NCBI GenBank assembly: GCA_048499675.1
Contig: JASNZL010000001.1
Coordinates: 1-56,746, forward strand
DNA from: Candidatus Zambryskiibacteriota bacterium
Lineage (GTDB): Bacteria > Patescibacteriota > Minisyncoccia > Phycocordibacterales > WO2-35-19
Length of the DNA: 56,746 nucleotides
Direction of reading: 5' to 3'
The notes beneath the pieces were generated by a model that ran no database searches, was not told the origin of the DNA, and worked only from the letters and a program-made list of their open reading frames with translations. The translations under genes were made by a program, and so were the position numbers. Shown one piece after another: positions 1 through 10,560 of this stretch (the first letter of the stretch is position 1; each line of letters begins with the position of its first letter).

Positions 1-41
1 GCATACTGTCTATCCTCTATTATACATGAATCAGTTTTTTT

Positions 42-153
42 GTCAACCACGTTAGACATTTCGTGTAAGCATGTGTCAGACAAACCTTATATATAGCCAT
101 ATTATCGAAGTCTCGCAAAAACGACTGAATGTAAATCTCTAGCGGGGCAACCC
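42..153 (-). repeat. Copy A of a 112-nt intergenic repeat (copy B at 42543-42654; 96/112 identical, ungapped)
   Basis: Base-by-base alignment of the two copies. The most conserved core carries a sigma70-like promoter on the minus strand. Arms 47-60 and 134-147 form an imperfect inverted repeat (12/14). Confidence 0.8.
90..118 (-). promoter_or_regulatory. Candidate sigma70-type promoter, TTGCGA-N17-TATATA, firing leftward off the window
   Basis: The minus strand reads TTGCGA (113-118), a 17-nt spacer, then TATATA (90-95). The same arrangement is conserved in copy B. Confidence 0.5.
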
Positions 154-228
154 AGTAGTAGATTTTAGCATCGCACAAAGTGCATGGTTTATAACCAATG
201 CCAAAAAATTCACTACTGGGTCAACCTC

Positions 229-1368
229 CTAGAAAAGCTTGACTATATCTCTGTATGTAACAACAAGCATCAAAAGTATAAGTATTCCAAAACCAACAGT
301 ATTTACAACCATTGCAAATTTTGGATTAATTGGTTTTTTTGTAATACCTTCGATTGCTACAAATAACAATCTACCTCCATCAAGCGCAGGAAAAGGTATC
401 ATATTTATAATTGCAAGATTAATTGATATAAGGGCAGTAAAAGTAATCAAGTATGCAAATCCAAGTCTAGAAGCGTCTCCAACCAAACCCACGATTCCAA
501 CTGGTCCTGTGACCTGACTAATATCTGCCTCCCCTTTAAAAGCATCCTTCACCAACCCATAGAGTCCTTCTACAGTTAAATACGTAAACCTCACCGTTAC
601 TTTTGCCCCTTCGTAAACTGCTTTGTGTGGAGGTAGAGAAAGTTCGCCTACAACGTCCATACTAATACCAATAATTCTCTTGTCTTCAACAATGTTCTCA
701 TCAGGAATAATATTAAATTTAATCAGTTCCTCTCCTCTCACAATATCCAATTTTATTTCCCCTGTAGATCTATTTATGAAGTCAGAAACTATTTCTGGAC
801 TGGTTGGTTCAAATGGAATCTCATCACCAAAACTCATAGAAACAATTTTATCTCCAGACTTAAGTCCAACTTCCTTTGCTGGAGAATTTTCCAAAACAGA
901 AATAACAGTGAGTGACGGATTTTTGACTTCACCTCCAAACTCATTATCAACCGGTGTCGGAATTCCAATCATAAATGCCAATGAAAAAAGAACCCACGCA
1001 AACAAAACATTAAACAAAACACCCCCTGCTAATATAAGGGCCTGCCACTTCCTTGAAACTTGAGTGAATCTTAAAGCTTGGAGCTTAGAGCTTGAAGTCT
1101 CGGAAAAATCTTTTGATTCTTTACTTAGATCTTCTTCGGTTTCTTTATCATAATTCTCTCCAAGTATTTTTACAAACCCCCCAAAAGGCACCCAATTTAA
1201 ACTAAATCTTGTCCCCCACCAAGTTCCAAGAGTTGTAGCTTTTGGCGGGTACCCTATGCCAAATTCTTCCACGTGCACACCAGCTTTTTTTGCAAACAGA
1301 AAATGGCCCATCTCGTGAACCAAAACTAAAATACCGAGTACAATTATAAATATAATAAGAGTCATCAT
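229..1368 (-). CDS. rseP: Site-2 (M50) zinc metalloprotease, RseP family
   Basis: N-terminal HEMGHFLFAK zinc motif inside a TM helix, a central PDZ-like segment, C-terminal TM helices with an LDGG motif, and position next to frr. Confidence 0.85.
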   Translation of the reverse strand: MMTLIIFIIVLGILVLVHEMGHFLFAKKAGVHVEEFGIGYPPKATTLGTWWGTRFSLNWVPFGGFVKILGENYDKETEEDLSKESKDFSETSSSKLQALRFTQVSRKWQALILAGGVLFNVLFAWVLFSLAFMIGIPTPVDNEFGGEVKNPSLTVISVLENSPAKEVGLKSGDKIVSMSFGDEIPFEPTSPEIVSDFINRSTGEIKLDIVRGEELIKFNIIPDENIVEDKRIIGISMDVVGELSLPPHKAVYEGAKVTVRFTYLTVEGLYGLVKDAFKGEADISQVTGPVGIVGLVGDASRLGFAYLITFTALISINLAIINMIPFPALDGGRLLFVAIEGITKKPINPKFAMVVNTVGFGILILLMLVVTYRDIVKLF

Positions 1369-1376
1369 CCGTAAGA

Positions 1377-1925
1377 TTAACTTCTAATTTCTGATTCCTT
1401 CTTTGCCGTTATTTCCTCCATTTTTCTCCCAGCCTCGTCTATCATTTTTTGTAATTCCTCTTTGAATCTAAACTTGTCATCCTCTCCCATACCACCTTCT
1501 TTTTCTTTTTCATCAATTGACTTAGAAGTTTTGTCTCTGAGAGCCCTTAGAGTAATCCTCGCTTCTTCGAGTTTTGCTCTAATTACTTTTACAAACTGCT
1601 CTCTTCTTTCTGCGGTCAACTCTGGAAATATAATTCTCAAACCTTTGTCATAGGGAGCTGTAGATAATCCAAGATTAGAATTTGTGACAGCTTTTTCTAT
1701 ACTTTTTCCAAGAGTCATATCCCATGGTTCTATTTTTATAGTTTTAGAATCTTCAACAATCACATTGGCAAGTTCTTTTATTCCCATTTTGCTTCCATAA
1801 GCATCTACTTGAATAAATTCCAAAATAACCGGCGTAGCTCTTCCGGTGCGTATCAAAGAAAGCTCCTTTGCCAACCAAGCCTCAACATCCGCTATTTTTT
1901 GTTTTAATTCTTGAAAGCTATACAT
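1377..1925 (-). CDS. frr: Ribosome recycling factor
   Basis: Size is 182 aa. Typical RRF sequence (LSLIRTGRATPVILE..., DKGLRIIFPELTAERREQ, charged C-terminal helix). Confidence 0.9.
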   Translation of the reverse strand: MYSFQELKQKIADVEAWLAKELSLIRTGRATPVILEFIQVDAYGSKMGIKELANVIVEDSKTIKIEPWDMTLGKSIEKAVTNSNLGLSTAPYDKGLRIIFPELTAERREQFVKVIRAKLEEARITLRALRDKTSKSIDEKEKEGGMGEDDKFRFKEELQKMIDEAGRKMEEITAKKESEIRS

Positions 1926-2011
1926 AAATTTTAATTACTAATATGAATAAAAGTATTATAACACTTTGTATCAGATTTTAGCATATCACCTAAAGTGCTC
2001 TCGGAGCAATG

Positions 2012-2701
2012 TTAGATTTTACTACCAGACAAAACACTCGCCAACCACTCAATAATCATCCTAGACGAAGAACCCCTCATTTTTATATATTTTTCTGCTT
2101 TTAGAATTTTCTTTAATTCTAGCAATTCCTCCTTTGTAAGCTTCCTTTTTTTATTATAAAAAGCTTTTAAAATATTTGTCACAAGTTCTTTAGTTTTTGT
2201 TTTGTTTTCTTTTTTAACAAGATTTTTTACACTACTAAGCCTCTTGCCTACACTAGCATCTATAAATTTTTGTGCCTCTAAAATACCTGAATCATTATGA
2301 TTTTGTGAAATATTTAAATCAGAATATTCACTACTATTAAAATCAATCACTCTAACTCTAGATAAAAAAGTAGGAAGGAAATTACCCGAATCAGTAATAT
2401 TAATAAAAGTGAAGTTGCCCTGTTTTGGCTCCTCAAGCACTTTGAGCAAAGCATTTTGTGCCTCTATTGTTATGGTTTCAGATATGAGAAGCGATACTTT
2501 AGTATCACCAATTAGAGGTTTACCTATAGACCACTTCTCGAAAAATCTTGCGTCGTCTATACCAAAATTTTCAGACTCAAAGATATAATAATCGGGATTT
2601 TTTGAAACATCAAAGTTAAAATCCTTTTTTAGAATTTTTGCTACAAAATTTTTGGAATCTGTCTTTCCTACTATTAGATTTGCATGATGCCAATTTTTCA
2701 T
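2012..2701 (-). CDS. holB: DNA polymerase III delta-prime-like clamp-loader subunit
   Basis: NALLKVLEEP and LPTFLSRV sensor motifs of clamp-loader AAA+ folds. No Walker A, as is usual for delta-prime. Confidence 0.6.
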   Translation of the reverse strand: MKNWHHANLIVGKTDSKNFVAKILKKDFNFDVSKNPDYYIFESENFGIDDARFFEKWSIGKPLIGDTKVSLLISETITIEAQNALLKVLEEPKQGNFTFINITDSGNFLPTFLSRVRVIDFNSSEYSDLNISQNHNDSGILEAQKFIDASVGKRLSSVKNLVKKENKTKTKELVTNILKAFYNKKRKLTKEELLELKKILKAEKYIKMRGSSSRMIIEWLASVLSGSKI

Positions 2702-2713
2702 TCCTAAAGAATA

Positions 2714-3727
2714 TTATTTTTTTGAAATTACTACTTTTTTGTAGGCACTCAAGTGATCTAGTGCAATTCCTGTACCATTAACAACGCAATAAAGTGGATT
2801 GTCTGCAAGAACTGCTTTTACCCCAACTCTAGCCAAAATAAGTTCTGGAAAATTTCGGAGCGAAGATGTGCCTCCTGTCATTATTATTCCACTATCAATA
2901 ATATCGGAAGCAAGTTCTGGAGGAGTCTCTTGTAATACATCTTTTATTGCCTTTATCATTTCTCTCAAATCTTTTGATATAGCTTTTACTATTTCATTTG
3001 TTTTGATTTCTACCGAACGAGGTAACCCTGAAATCAAATCTCGTCCTTTTATCACCATCTGAAGTTCTTCTTCAAGAGGCATAGCTGAACCTATACTAAT
3101 TTTTATATCCTCGGCAGTTTTGTCTCCAATTGCTAGATTAAAAGTTTTTTTGACATAATCAATAATACTTTCATCGATTCTATTACCGGCACATTTTACA
3201 GAAGTAGAAGAAACAATTCCTCCAAGTGAGATTACAGCAACATCAGTCGTTCCTCCTCCTATATCAGCAATCATGTGACCCTTTGCTTCATATATCGGTA
3301 TGCCTGCACCTATCGCCGCAAGAATAGGTTCTTTGATAACATATGCATTTTTTGCACCTGCCTTTATAGCTGCCTCTATGACAGCTCTTCTTTCAGTTGA
3401 TGTAATTCCAGCAGGCACAGAAATCAAAACTTCTGGTTTAATAAAGCTCCACCCACCAAGAGCCTTCCTCATATAATAACGGAGCATTGCCTCTGTTACT
3501 TTATAGTCGGCAATAACACCATCTTTCATTGGTCTATAAGCTATTATAGCTTCTGGTGTTCTACCTATCATTACTTTGGCTTCGTTTCCAACCGCTAAAA
3601 TTCTTTTGTTTTCCGTTCCAATTGCTACAACAGAAGGCTCGTTTAACACAATACCCTTATTTGGCACAAAAACCAGTGTGTTTGCTGTACCCAAATCAAT
3701 GCCTAGTTTTTTAGAAAAGATACCCAT
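2714..3727 (-). CDS. mreB: Rod-shape determining actin homologue MreB
   Basis: The IDLGTANTLV phosphate-1 and DIGGGTTDVAV phosphate-2 motifs. Size is 337 aa. Confidence 0.92.
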   Translation of the reverse strand: MGIFSKKLGIDLGTANTLVFVPNKGIVLNEPSVVAIGTENKRILAVGNEAKVMIGRTPEAIIAYRPMKDGVIADYKVTEAMLRYYMRKALGGWSFIKPEVLISVPAGITSTERRAVIEAAIKAGAKNAYVIKEPILAAIGAGIPIYEAKGHMIADIGGGTTDVAVISLGGIVSSTSVKCAGNRIDESIIDYVKKTFNLAIGDKTAEDIKISIGSAMPLEEELQMVIKGRDLISGLPRSVEIKTNEIVKAISKDLREMIKAIKDVLQETPPELASDIIDSGIIMTGGTSSLRNFPELILARVGVKAVLADNPLYCVVNGTGIALDHLSAYKKVVISKK

Positions 3728-3821
3728 CTTATTATCAAAATAATATACCTTTAGTGCATTATTTTCAACATCAAGAGATTTACCACTTGCTACTTTTTGG
3801 TTTTTAACTTTTACTTATTAT

Positions 3822-5726
3822 ATGTATTTAGTAAATTGCCTACCTTTCTCAAAAGCTTTAAACAAAGATTCTCTAACATATTTTTCTGCTGATTTTTTGG
3901 AACCCGGGCAACTTGTAAAAATCAGTATCAGAGGTAAAAATACTTCTGCTCTGATTCTCGATATTAGATCAGTAAGAGAGGCAAAATCAGAAATACGAGG
4001 AGCCGACTACAAAATAAAAAAGATTATATCTATTTCTTCAAAACCTTTTCTAAAAAAAAGTTTTTTGGACGCTGTAATTAAGACCTCAGATTATTATGCA
4101 ACTAGTGCCGGAGCGGTTTTGTCTCAAATAATACCATCAGCAATTTTAGAAAATCCAAACCTTCTATCTAATTTTGTTGTAAAGCAAAATGATAAAACAA
4201 AAACAGAAATGGCTGGAACGAAGCTTGCTCTCCAAGATGAAAAGGATGAGAGAATGAGTTATTACAAATCTTTAATACGAGAAGAGTTCGCCAAGAAAAA
4301 ATCAATTTTTATTTGTGTACCCCAAAATGAAGATGTCAAACAAATCAAAGAAAAGATTGAAAGAGGAATAGAACAATATGTGTGTGCTTTCCACAAAGAT
4401 ATGACCAAGAAAACTTTTAGAGAAGAGTGGAAAAAAATGTCTGTACAAAAGCACCCTTTAGTTATTATTGGTACAGCCAGATGGCTTTTTATACCAAGAG
4501 AAGATTTGAACACTATCATAATAGAGCGCGAAACAAGTAATGGATGGAAAACAATGGTAAGACCTTTTATTGACTTAAGGACTTTTGCAGAAAATTATGC
4601 AGAAGAGAGAAAAATAAGGATTATTTTTGCGGACACTTTTCTTAGAATAGAAACTCTTTATAGACACAAAAACGATGAGATTCAGAAATTCGAGCAAGTG
4701 AAATGGAGACTGGAAATGAAAGATGAAATTACGATTGTAAACCCAACAGAAATAAAACATAAAACAAAAGAATTCAGTGCTATTTCAAAGATAACAGCCA
4801 GTAAAATAAAGACCGCTCTAGAAAACGGATCTAATGTTTTCATATACACAACACGCAAAGGACTTTCTCCAATAACACTCTGTGGTGATTGTGGTCAATA
4901 TGTAGAGTGCGCAAACTGCTCTTCGCCTATGGTTTTATACAAAGGGAAAAATGGTGGAGTCTTTAGATGTCATCAGTGTGGCGAATCAAGGGATGCTTCT
5001 GAAACTTGTAAGAAATGCGGTAGTTGGAAGTTGGTTGACCTTGGCATCGGTATAGAAAAAGTCACAGAAGAAATTACTGAGCTTTTTCCTGACACTCAAA
5101 TTTTTCAATTAAACAAAGATGTAGCGACCACTAATTTAAAAGCAGAAAAAATAGTAGATAATTTTTACAACACAAGAGGATCAATACTTATAGGTGCAGA
5201 TATGGCCTTTTCTTATTTATACAAAAAAGTCGGTATGACTATAATTGCTTCTCTCGATTCCCTATTCTCTATTCCAGATTTTAGAATAAGAGAAAAAATA
5301 TTTAGTATAATGATACAAGCAAGGAATGCATCAAAAAACTCACTTTTAATTCAAACCCGAAATCCAGAAGATGTCTCTATCAGAAGTATCATATCTGGAA
5401 ACTTACTTGAATTTTACAACGCAGAAATACAGGACAGAAAATTATTAGAGTATCCCCCTTTTGGAGTATTTATAAAAATTACCATTAGAGGAAACCATCT
5501 TTCCATAAAAAAAGAGTCTCTATACCTAAAAAAGAATTTAGATAGACTTGAAGGTCTAGATATTTCTATTTTTCCATCCAATCACGAAAAAAAGGGAGAG
5601 CAAAGTGCAATAAATGCCGTTATAAAAATTTCCAAAGAAGATTGGCCGAACGAGGAATTAATTGATTTCCTAAAATCCCTTCCTAGTTATTATGAAATAA
5701 AAGTTGATCCAGACAATCTCTTATAA
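3822..5726 (+). CDS. priA: PriA-like primosomal protein N' lacking recognisable ATPase motifs
   Basis: PriA-type double zinc ribbon (CGDCGQYVECANCSSPMVLY...FRCHQCG...CKKCGS) and overall length and architecture. No GKT/GKS P-loop anywhere in the ORF. Confidence 0.7.
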   Translation: MYLVNCLPFSKALNKDSLTYFSADFLEPGQLVKISIRGKNTSALILDIRSVREAKSEIRGADYKIKKIISISSKPFLKKSFLDAVIKTSDYYATSAGAVLSQIIPSAILENPNLLSNFVVKQNDKTKTEMAGTKLALQDEKDERMSYYKSLIREEFAKKKSIFICVPQNEDVKQIKEKIERGIEQYVCAFHKDMTKKTFREEWKKMSVQKHPLVIIGTARWLFIPREDLNTIIIERETSNGWKTMVRPFIDLRTFAENYAEERKIRIIFADTFLRIETLYRHKNDEIQKFEQVKWRLEMKDEITIVNPTEIKHKTKEFSAISKITASKIKTALENGSNVFIYTTRKGLSPITLCGDCGQYVECANCSSPMVLYKGKNGGVFRCHQCGESRDASETCKKCGSWKLVDLGIGIEKVTEEITELFPDTQIFQLNKDVATTNLKAEKIVDNFYNTRGSILIGADMAFSYLYKKVGMTIIASLDSLFSIPDFRIREKIFSIMIQARNASKNSLLIQTRNPEDVSIRSIISGNLLEFYNAEIQDRKLLEYPPFGVFIKITIRGNHLSIKKESLYLKKNLDRLEGLDISIFPSNHEKKGEQSAINAVIKISKEDWPNEELIDFLKSLPSYYEIKVDPDNLL

Positions 5727-5770
5727 ATTAAACGCTGGTATAGATTTTAACCCAATTCTGTGGTAAACTT

Positions 5771-6355
5771 GTGTATATGGAGAGTGGAATAATTCAAAAA
5801 GACAATAAAATCCTAAGACAAACAGCCAAGGAAGTACCAATTGAGGAAATTAGTAGCAGGAAGATTCAGACAATAATAAAAAGGATGCAAAAAGCACTTG
5901 ATGCAGAAGAAGATGGAATTGCAATTGCTGCCCCACAAATCGGCGAAAGTCTGAGAATATTTGTAGTATCAAGAAAAATTTACGACATAATGGAAGATGA
6001 AAGAAAAGCAAAAAAAAGAAAAGACTCTCTGCCTGTTTTAAATGAGGATATTCCGATAGAAAAAATACCAAAAATAAAAGAAGATATGGTCTTTATAAAT
6101 CCGGAAATAATAAAAACTTCAAAGAAAAAAATCCCGATGGAAGAGGGTTGTTTATCGGTACGTTGGCTATATGGCAAAGTTATGCGTTCCGAAAAAACAT
6201 TAATAAAGGCATATAATTCAAACGGTAAACAAATAACGGTAGGAGGTTCTGGTATTTTGTCACAAGTTTTTCAACACGAAACTGACCACTTAAACGGTAC
6301 CCTTTTTATAGACAAAGCTAAAGAATTAAAAGATATTCCTCCCGAAACGATATAA
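5771..6355 (+). CDS. def: Peptide deformylase
   Basis: Three PDF motifs are present: GIAIAAPQIG, EGCLS, HETDHLNG. The ORF starts at GTG 5771; an alternative ATG lies at 5777. Confidence 0.9.
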   Translation: MYMESGIIQKDNKILRQTAKEVPIEEISSRKIQTIIKRMQKALDAEEDGIAIAAPQIGESLRIFVVSRKIYDIMEDERKAKKRKDSLPVLNEDIPIEKIPKIKEDMVFINPEIIKTSKKKIPMEEGCLSVRWLYGKVMRSEKTLIKAYNSNGKQITVGGSGILSQVFQHETDHLNGTLFIDKAKELKDIPPETI

Positions 6356-6358
6356 ATT

Positions 6359-7231
6359 ATGAATATTAATTTAGAAAAATTAGTATTTTTTGGTTCATCA
6401 GAATTCAGTGTATATGTTTTGAATGAATTAAAACTTCACAATATTCTACCTCGGCTTATTGTTACTACTCCCGACAAACCAAAGGGACGAAAATTGATAA
6501 TGACACCTACTCCGGTCAAAACTTGGGCTCAAGAAAACAAGATTGAAATACTTGAACCTAATTCATTAAAAAATAATCCTTATTTTGTCTCGAGGCTCAA
6601 AGCTCTAAGCTCTAAGCTCTTTCTAGTAGCTTCTTACGGCAAAATAATTCCCAAAGAAATTTTTGAAATTCCAGCAAGAAAAACTTTAAACATCCACCCA
6701 TCTCTCCTGCCAAAATATCGTGGCGCCTCGCCAATCCAAAGTCAAATTTTAAATGATGAAGAAAACATAGGTGTTTCTGTAATGCAGATAGAGGAAAAAA
6801 TGGATAGTGGACCGCTAATATCCAGTAAGAAAGTTACAATAGAAAATTGGCCGATTGGACGAATTCAATTGGAAAAAAAGTTAGCAGTAGAGGGAGCAAG
6901 GCTTTTTGCACACATTTTACCGGAATGGATTATGGGAGCAATTCATCCAATTATGCAAAATGAAAACGAAGCTACTTATTGTCAAAAAATAAAAAAAGAG
7001 GACGGCGAGCTCCAAATAGATTTGAATGATTTAAGTAAAAATGCCCATCAAAATCTCCTCAAAATTAAAGCGTTTGAAGAATGGCCTACTGCATATTTTT
7101 TTCATAATAATAAAAGAATTATTATTACTGACGCTACTATCGAAAGTGATAAACTAAAAATACTCAAAGTTATACCTGAAGGTAAGAAAGAAATGCTTTT
7201 TGAAGATTTTATGAGGGGAGTTAAAAATTAA
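6359..7231 (+). CDS. fmt: Methionyl-tRNA formyltransferase
   Basis: The NIHPSLLPKYRGASPIQ motif and def-fmt gene order. Confidence 0.9.
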   Translation: MNINLEKLVFFGSSEFSVYVLNELKLHNILPRLIVTTPDKPKGRKLIMTPTPVKTWAQENKIEILEPNSLKNNPYFVSRLKALSSKLFLVASYGKIIPKEIFEIPARKTLNIHPSLLPKYRGASPIQSQILNDEENIGVSVMQIEEKMDSGPLISSKKVTIENWPIGRIQLEKKLAVEGARLFAHILPEWIMGAIHPIMQNENEATYCQKIKKEDGELQIDLNDLSKNAHQNLLKIKAFEEWPTAYFFHNNKRIIITDATIESDKLKILKVIPEGKKEMLFEDFMRGVKN

Positions 7232-7590
7232 ATCTTGCTTACGAGCATTTCAAGTAAATTTTTAACTTCTATTTGAGCTTGCCCCTCAGTATCACTTTCG
7301 GTAAATTTCTCCCATTGGTTTAAAATCTCTTCATCATCAATAGAGCGAACGGCATTTTCTAACGCCAGTCGGGTTTCAAAATCTACTTCCCCTTCAGATT
7401 TTAAAACTTTTTCTATAAATAATTTTATAAAATTGACTATTTTTTCATTTCGCACATTCGCAATTTGTTGATTTTCTTGAGCAGAGTTCTCACCCGAAAC
7501 AGACATCCATTTGGTAATAAAAAATATATTACTCAATAATAAAACGGCTATTAATCCAAGTGCATAATATTTCTTATTTTCTGTTTGCAT
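7228..7590 (-). CDS. Hypothetical membrane-anchored protein
   Basis: Single N-terminal TM helix followed by an acidic helical region. No recognisable motif. Confidence 0.5.
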   Translation of the reverse strand: MQTENKKYYALGLIAVLLLSNIFFITKWMSVSGENSAQENQQIANVRNEKIVNFIKLFIEKVLKSEGEVDFETRLALENAVRSIDDEEILNQWEKFTESDTEGQAQIEVKNLLEMLVSKI

Positions 7591-7599
7591 AAAATTACA

Positions 7600-9369
7600 T
7601 TATTTGAACATATTAAATAAATTTCGCCACCAACTTTTTGGTTTTAATTCAATATTTTGATGAACACCTCTACCCTTCTCCACATCAAACTCCTTACTTT
7701 CAAAATTATAATAACCGTCAGCCTCTACCAAAATCTTGTACTTTCCTTCTGGAACTAGAAACGAGTAGGAACCACTATTTAAGGTTTTTTGAGGATTGGT
7801 TTGTTGATACAAATTTGATGGCCAAATTTCAAATACACTCTTTTGTGGATTAAGCCACATCAAGGAAACTTTGGCGTCAGGAATTCTGGCCTCTTTATTT
7901 TTAATTTTTTCATAAACATATCCTTCAGGATCAATCACTGTTATGAGCCTCAACTCTTTCTTGCCTAAACTTATTTTTTTGTATTCTATGATCGAAAGTA
8001 TTTCATATTCGCCATAGACCAACGGAGCCTCAATCTTTGCTTTATAAATATTGTCTCCAGCATAAGTATATTCAAATTCACTCACTACCAACTTTTCTTC
8101 AACTTCAATTATTTCATCAGATGAACGATTTATCCCGAGAGAAGCCATCAAAGGACTGGCGAGCATAGAATTTGCCGGCACAGCTTTTGCCTGCTGTCTT
8201 TTAATATTGTTAACCAATAAGTAGCCTTTTATTTCTTTGACAGGCTCATCAACCTTTATTGCAAGCTCAATTGGTTTGCCGACTACAGTGGTGATAGTTT
8301 GCTCAGGTTGTCCATCTGGAGTTAATGATAGATTTATAGTGTAATCGGTAAGTTCGTTAACTTTAGCAAACACCACTTCTGACGGCAGAGCGCTTTTTTG
8401 CTCTTTTGATAATTTTGAAATCGGCACACTTACTCCGCTCGTTAAACCACTTTTGTCTCCAATGTTGGGTAAGTTGAAACTGGCATTTTTAAGTTTACTC
8501 AAATCAGAAATTTTGGTTATACCAACTTCAGAAAAAGTTTTTTGAAGTTCGGGAAATTTATTGACTAATGTTTGTATCTCATCAGGTAATGGCGCAAATA
8601 AAAATCGATTAATTGGATCATTTGAAATAAGATTCCATTTGCCCGCCATTGCCATAATAACACTCTCAGTTTTTGCCACATCTTCAGCGGTCAAAGCTGG
8701 CTCTCGTGAAAAATCAGGTGTGATAGATGTCAAAAACGATTTTAAAGCATTACTTGCTTGTACAGCGTAGTTGGTCACAGTAGTAACAACATTACTCCCC
8801 GTTTGGAGCAAGCCAGCTTGCGATGCGATGGCGCTATTTCGTCGGCCACTTGCCGAACCAGAAGTATTAGTTGGAACAGTAGTCGGAACAGTCCTTGCTG
8901 AAACTGGTCGCCAATCAGTTTTGACAGGATAATCACCATCAAATATTATCCAGCCAACAGTCTCGCTCAACGCGGAACCTATAAATTTACCTGAGGAATT
9001 GATAGAGACTCCTCCATTTTCAGGGTCAAATTTTATATAGCCTATATTTTCACCCCAAGCGTAGCCTGATAAATTGCCTTCGCTGTCATTTACTACTCCA
9101 TCGAGGTTTATCCATCCAACCGTCTCGCTTAAAGCATAACCTGAAAGCGCCGAATCAGTGACAGATACGGCACAATTATCACAAGCAAAATTGAGCCAAC
9201 CAATATTTTCACCCCAAGCGTATTTGTACTCAGTATCAATTGTTCCGTTTGTCTCTGAGGCAAAAACTGTACTGACAGATAAAAAAACTAACAAAAATAC
9301 AGCCAAAACCATTTCGTTTTTCACAATTTTCATTATATAAATTTTAACAAAATAGGCTAAAATTAACAA
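7600..9369 (-). CDS. Secreted repeat protein with a C-terminal carboxypeptidase-regulatory-like beta-sandwich
   Basis: Signal-peptide-like N-terminus; the probable start is the ATG at 9333. About four repeats of SGYA-x-(G/S)E-x-(I/V)GWI-x-(F/L)D. C-terminal YSFLVPEGKYKILVEADGY motif. Confidence 0.6.
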   Translation of the reverse strand: MLILAYFVKIYIMKIVKNEMVLAVFLLVFLSVSTVFASETNGTIDTEYKYAWGENIGWLNFACDNCAVSVTDSALSGYALSETVGWINLDGVVNDSEGNLSGYAWGENIGYIKFDPENGGVSINSSGKFIGSALSETVGWIIFDGDYPVKTDWRPVSARTVPTTVPTNTSGSASGRRNSAIASQAGLLQTGSNVVTTVTNYAVQASNALKSFLTSITPDFSREPALTAEDVAKTESVIMAMAGKWNLISNDPINRFLFAPLPDEIQTLVNKFPELQKTFSEVGITKISDLSKLKNASFNLPNIGDKSGLTSGVSVPISKLSKEQKSALPSEVVFAKVNELTDYTINLSLTPDGQPEQTITTVVGKPIELAIKVDEPVKEIKGYLLVNNIKRQQAKAVPANSMLASPLMASLGINRSSDEIIEVEEKLVVSEFEYTYAGDNIYKAKIEAPLVYGEYEILSIIEYKKISLGKKELRLITVIDPEGYVYEKIKNKEARIPDAKVSLMWLNPQKSVFEIWPSNLYQQTNPQKTLNSGSYSFLVPEGKYKILVEADGYYNFESKEFDVEKGRGVHQNIELKPKSWWRNLFNMFK

Positions 9370-9376
9370 TCAAACT

Positions 9377-10549
9377 GTGCATAAGGTTTTCAATTTCAAA
9401 AATCTGTATAACGCCTATTTAGATTGCAGAAAAAATAAAAGAAATACCATAAATGCAATAAAATTTGAACTATATTGTGAAAAAGAAATTTTTAAACTAA
9501 AAAACGAGTTACTAAACAAAACCTATCATCCAGATAAATCAATATGTTTTGCGGTGACCAAGCCCGTACCGAGAGAGATATTTGCCGCCTCATTTCGAGA
9601 TAGAGTGGTTCATCACCTAATTTATAACCAAATAGAAAAGATGTTTGAAAAGTCATTCGCCGACCAATCTTGCGCTTGCCGAAAAGGGAAAGGCACGCAC
9701 TTCGCATTAAAATATTTCAGGAAATACGCCAAAAAAATCACTGGGAACGGCACCAGAGACGCATATTTTATGCATTTAGACATCAGAAGCTTTTTTATGA
9801 GTATTGATAAAAATATATTAATGAATATAATTGTCAAAAAAATTAGAGACCCAGACTTACTTTGGCTTATTAGAACAATAATATATAACGATCCAACAAA
9901 AAATTACTATTGTAAGAGTCCAAAATATTTAATGTCCTCGGTGCCGAGACATAAATCCCTTTTAGGTGGTAGCAAAGGCAGGGGTCTGCCCATCGGCAAT
10001 CTCACATCGCAGTTTTTTGCCAATGTTTATTTGAATGATTTGGATATGTTTGTGAAGCACAATCTAAAAGCGAAATATTATTTACGATATGTTGATGATT
10101 TCATTTTGTTAAATAGTGACCTTAAAACTCTTAAAAATTGGCAAATAAAAATTGAAAAATTCTTAAAAGAAAGACTAAAGCTTGATTTAAACATTCATAA
10201 AACCAAACTCGGTCAAATTAAAAATGGTGTTGATTTGGTAGGTTATATCATCAAACCCCATTATGTACTGGTACGGAAAAGGGTTGTCAATGCTTGCAAA
10301 GGAAGACTTTATGAATTTAACAAAATATTAGAGAACGAATTGTCGGACGAAAAAACGAGGTTCAAAATCCTTTCTGTCATAAATTCCTATTTTGGCCACT
10401 TTCATCACGCCAACTCCTTCAAATTGCGAAAATATTTATACACCAAACATTTTGGTAAAATTCGAGAAATTATAGAACCAAATGATGAAAAAATAATAAG
10501 TTTTAAATTAAAAAAGGATTCAATCCAAAATCACAAAAAGCCGAAATAA
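9377..10549 (+). CDS. Diversity-generating retroelement reverse transcriptase
   Basis: RT motifs include YVDD (10088-10099) and the DGR-typical IGNLTSQ-FFANVYLN block (9992-10012). It is adjacent to a TR/VR pair and an avd gene. GTG start. Confidence 0.9.
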   Translation: MHKVFNFKNLYNAYLDCRKNKRNTINAIKFELYCEKEIFKLKNELLNKTYHPDKSICFAVTKPVPREIFAASFRDRVVHHLIYNQIEKMFEKSFADQSCACRKGKGTHFALKYFRKYAKKITGNGTRDAYFMHLDIRSFFMSIDKNILMNIIVKKIRDPDLLWLIRTIIYNDPTKNYYCKSPKYLMSSVPRHKSLLGGSKGRGLPIGNLTSQFFANVYLNDLDMFVKHNLKAKYYLRYVDDFILLNSDLKTLKNWQIKIEKFLKERLKLDLNIHKTKLGQIKNGVDLVGYIIKPHYVLVRKRVVNACKGRLYEFNKILENELSDEKTRFKILSVINSYFGHFHHANSFKLRKYLYTKHFGKIREIIEPNDEKIISFKLKKDSIQNHKKPK

Positions 10550-10560
10550 GGCGAGTTTTC

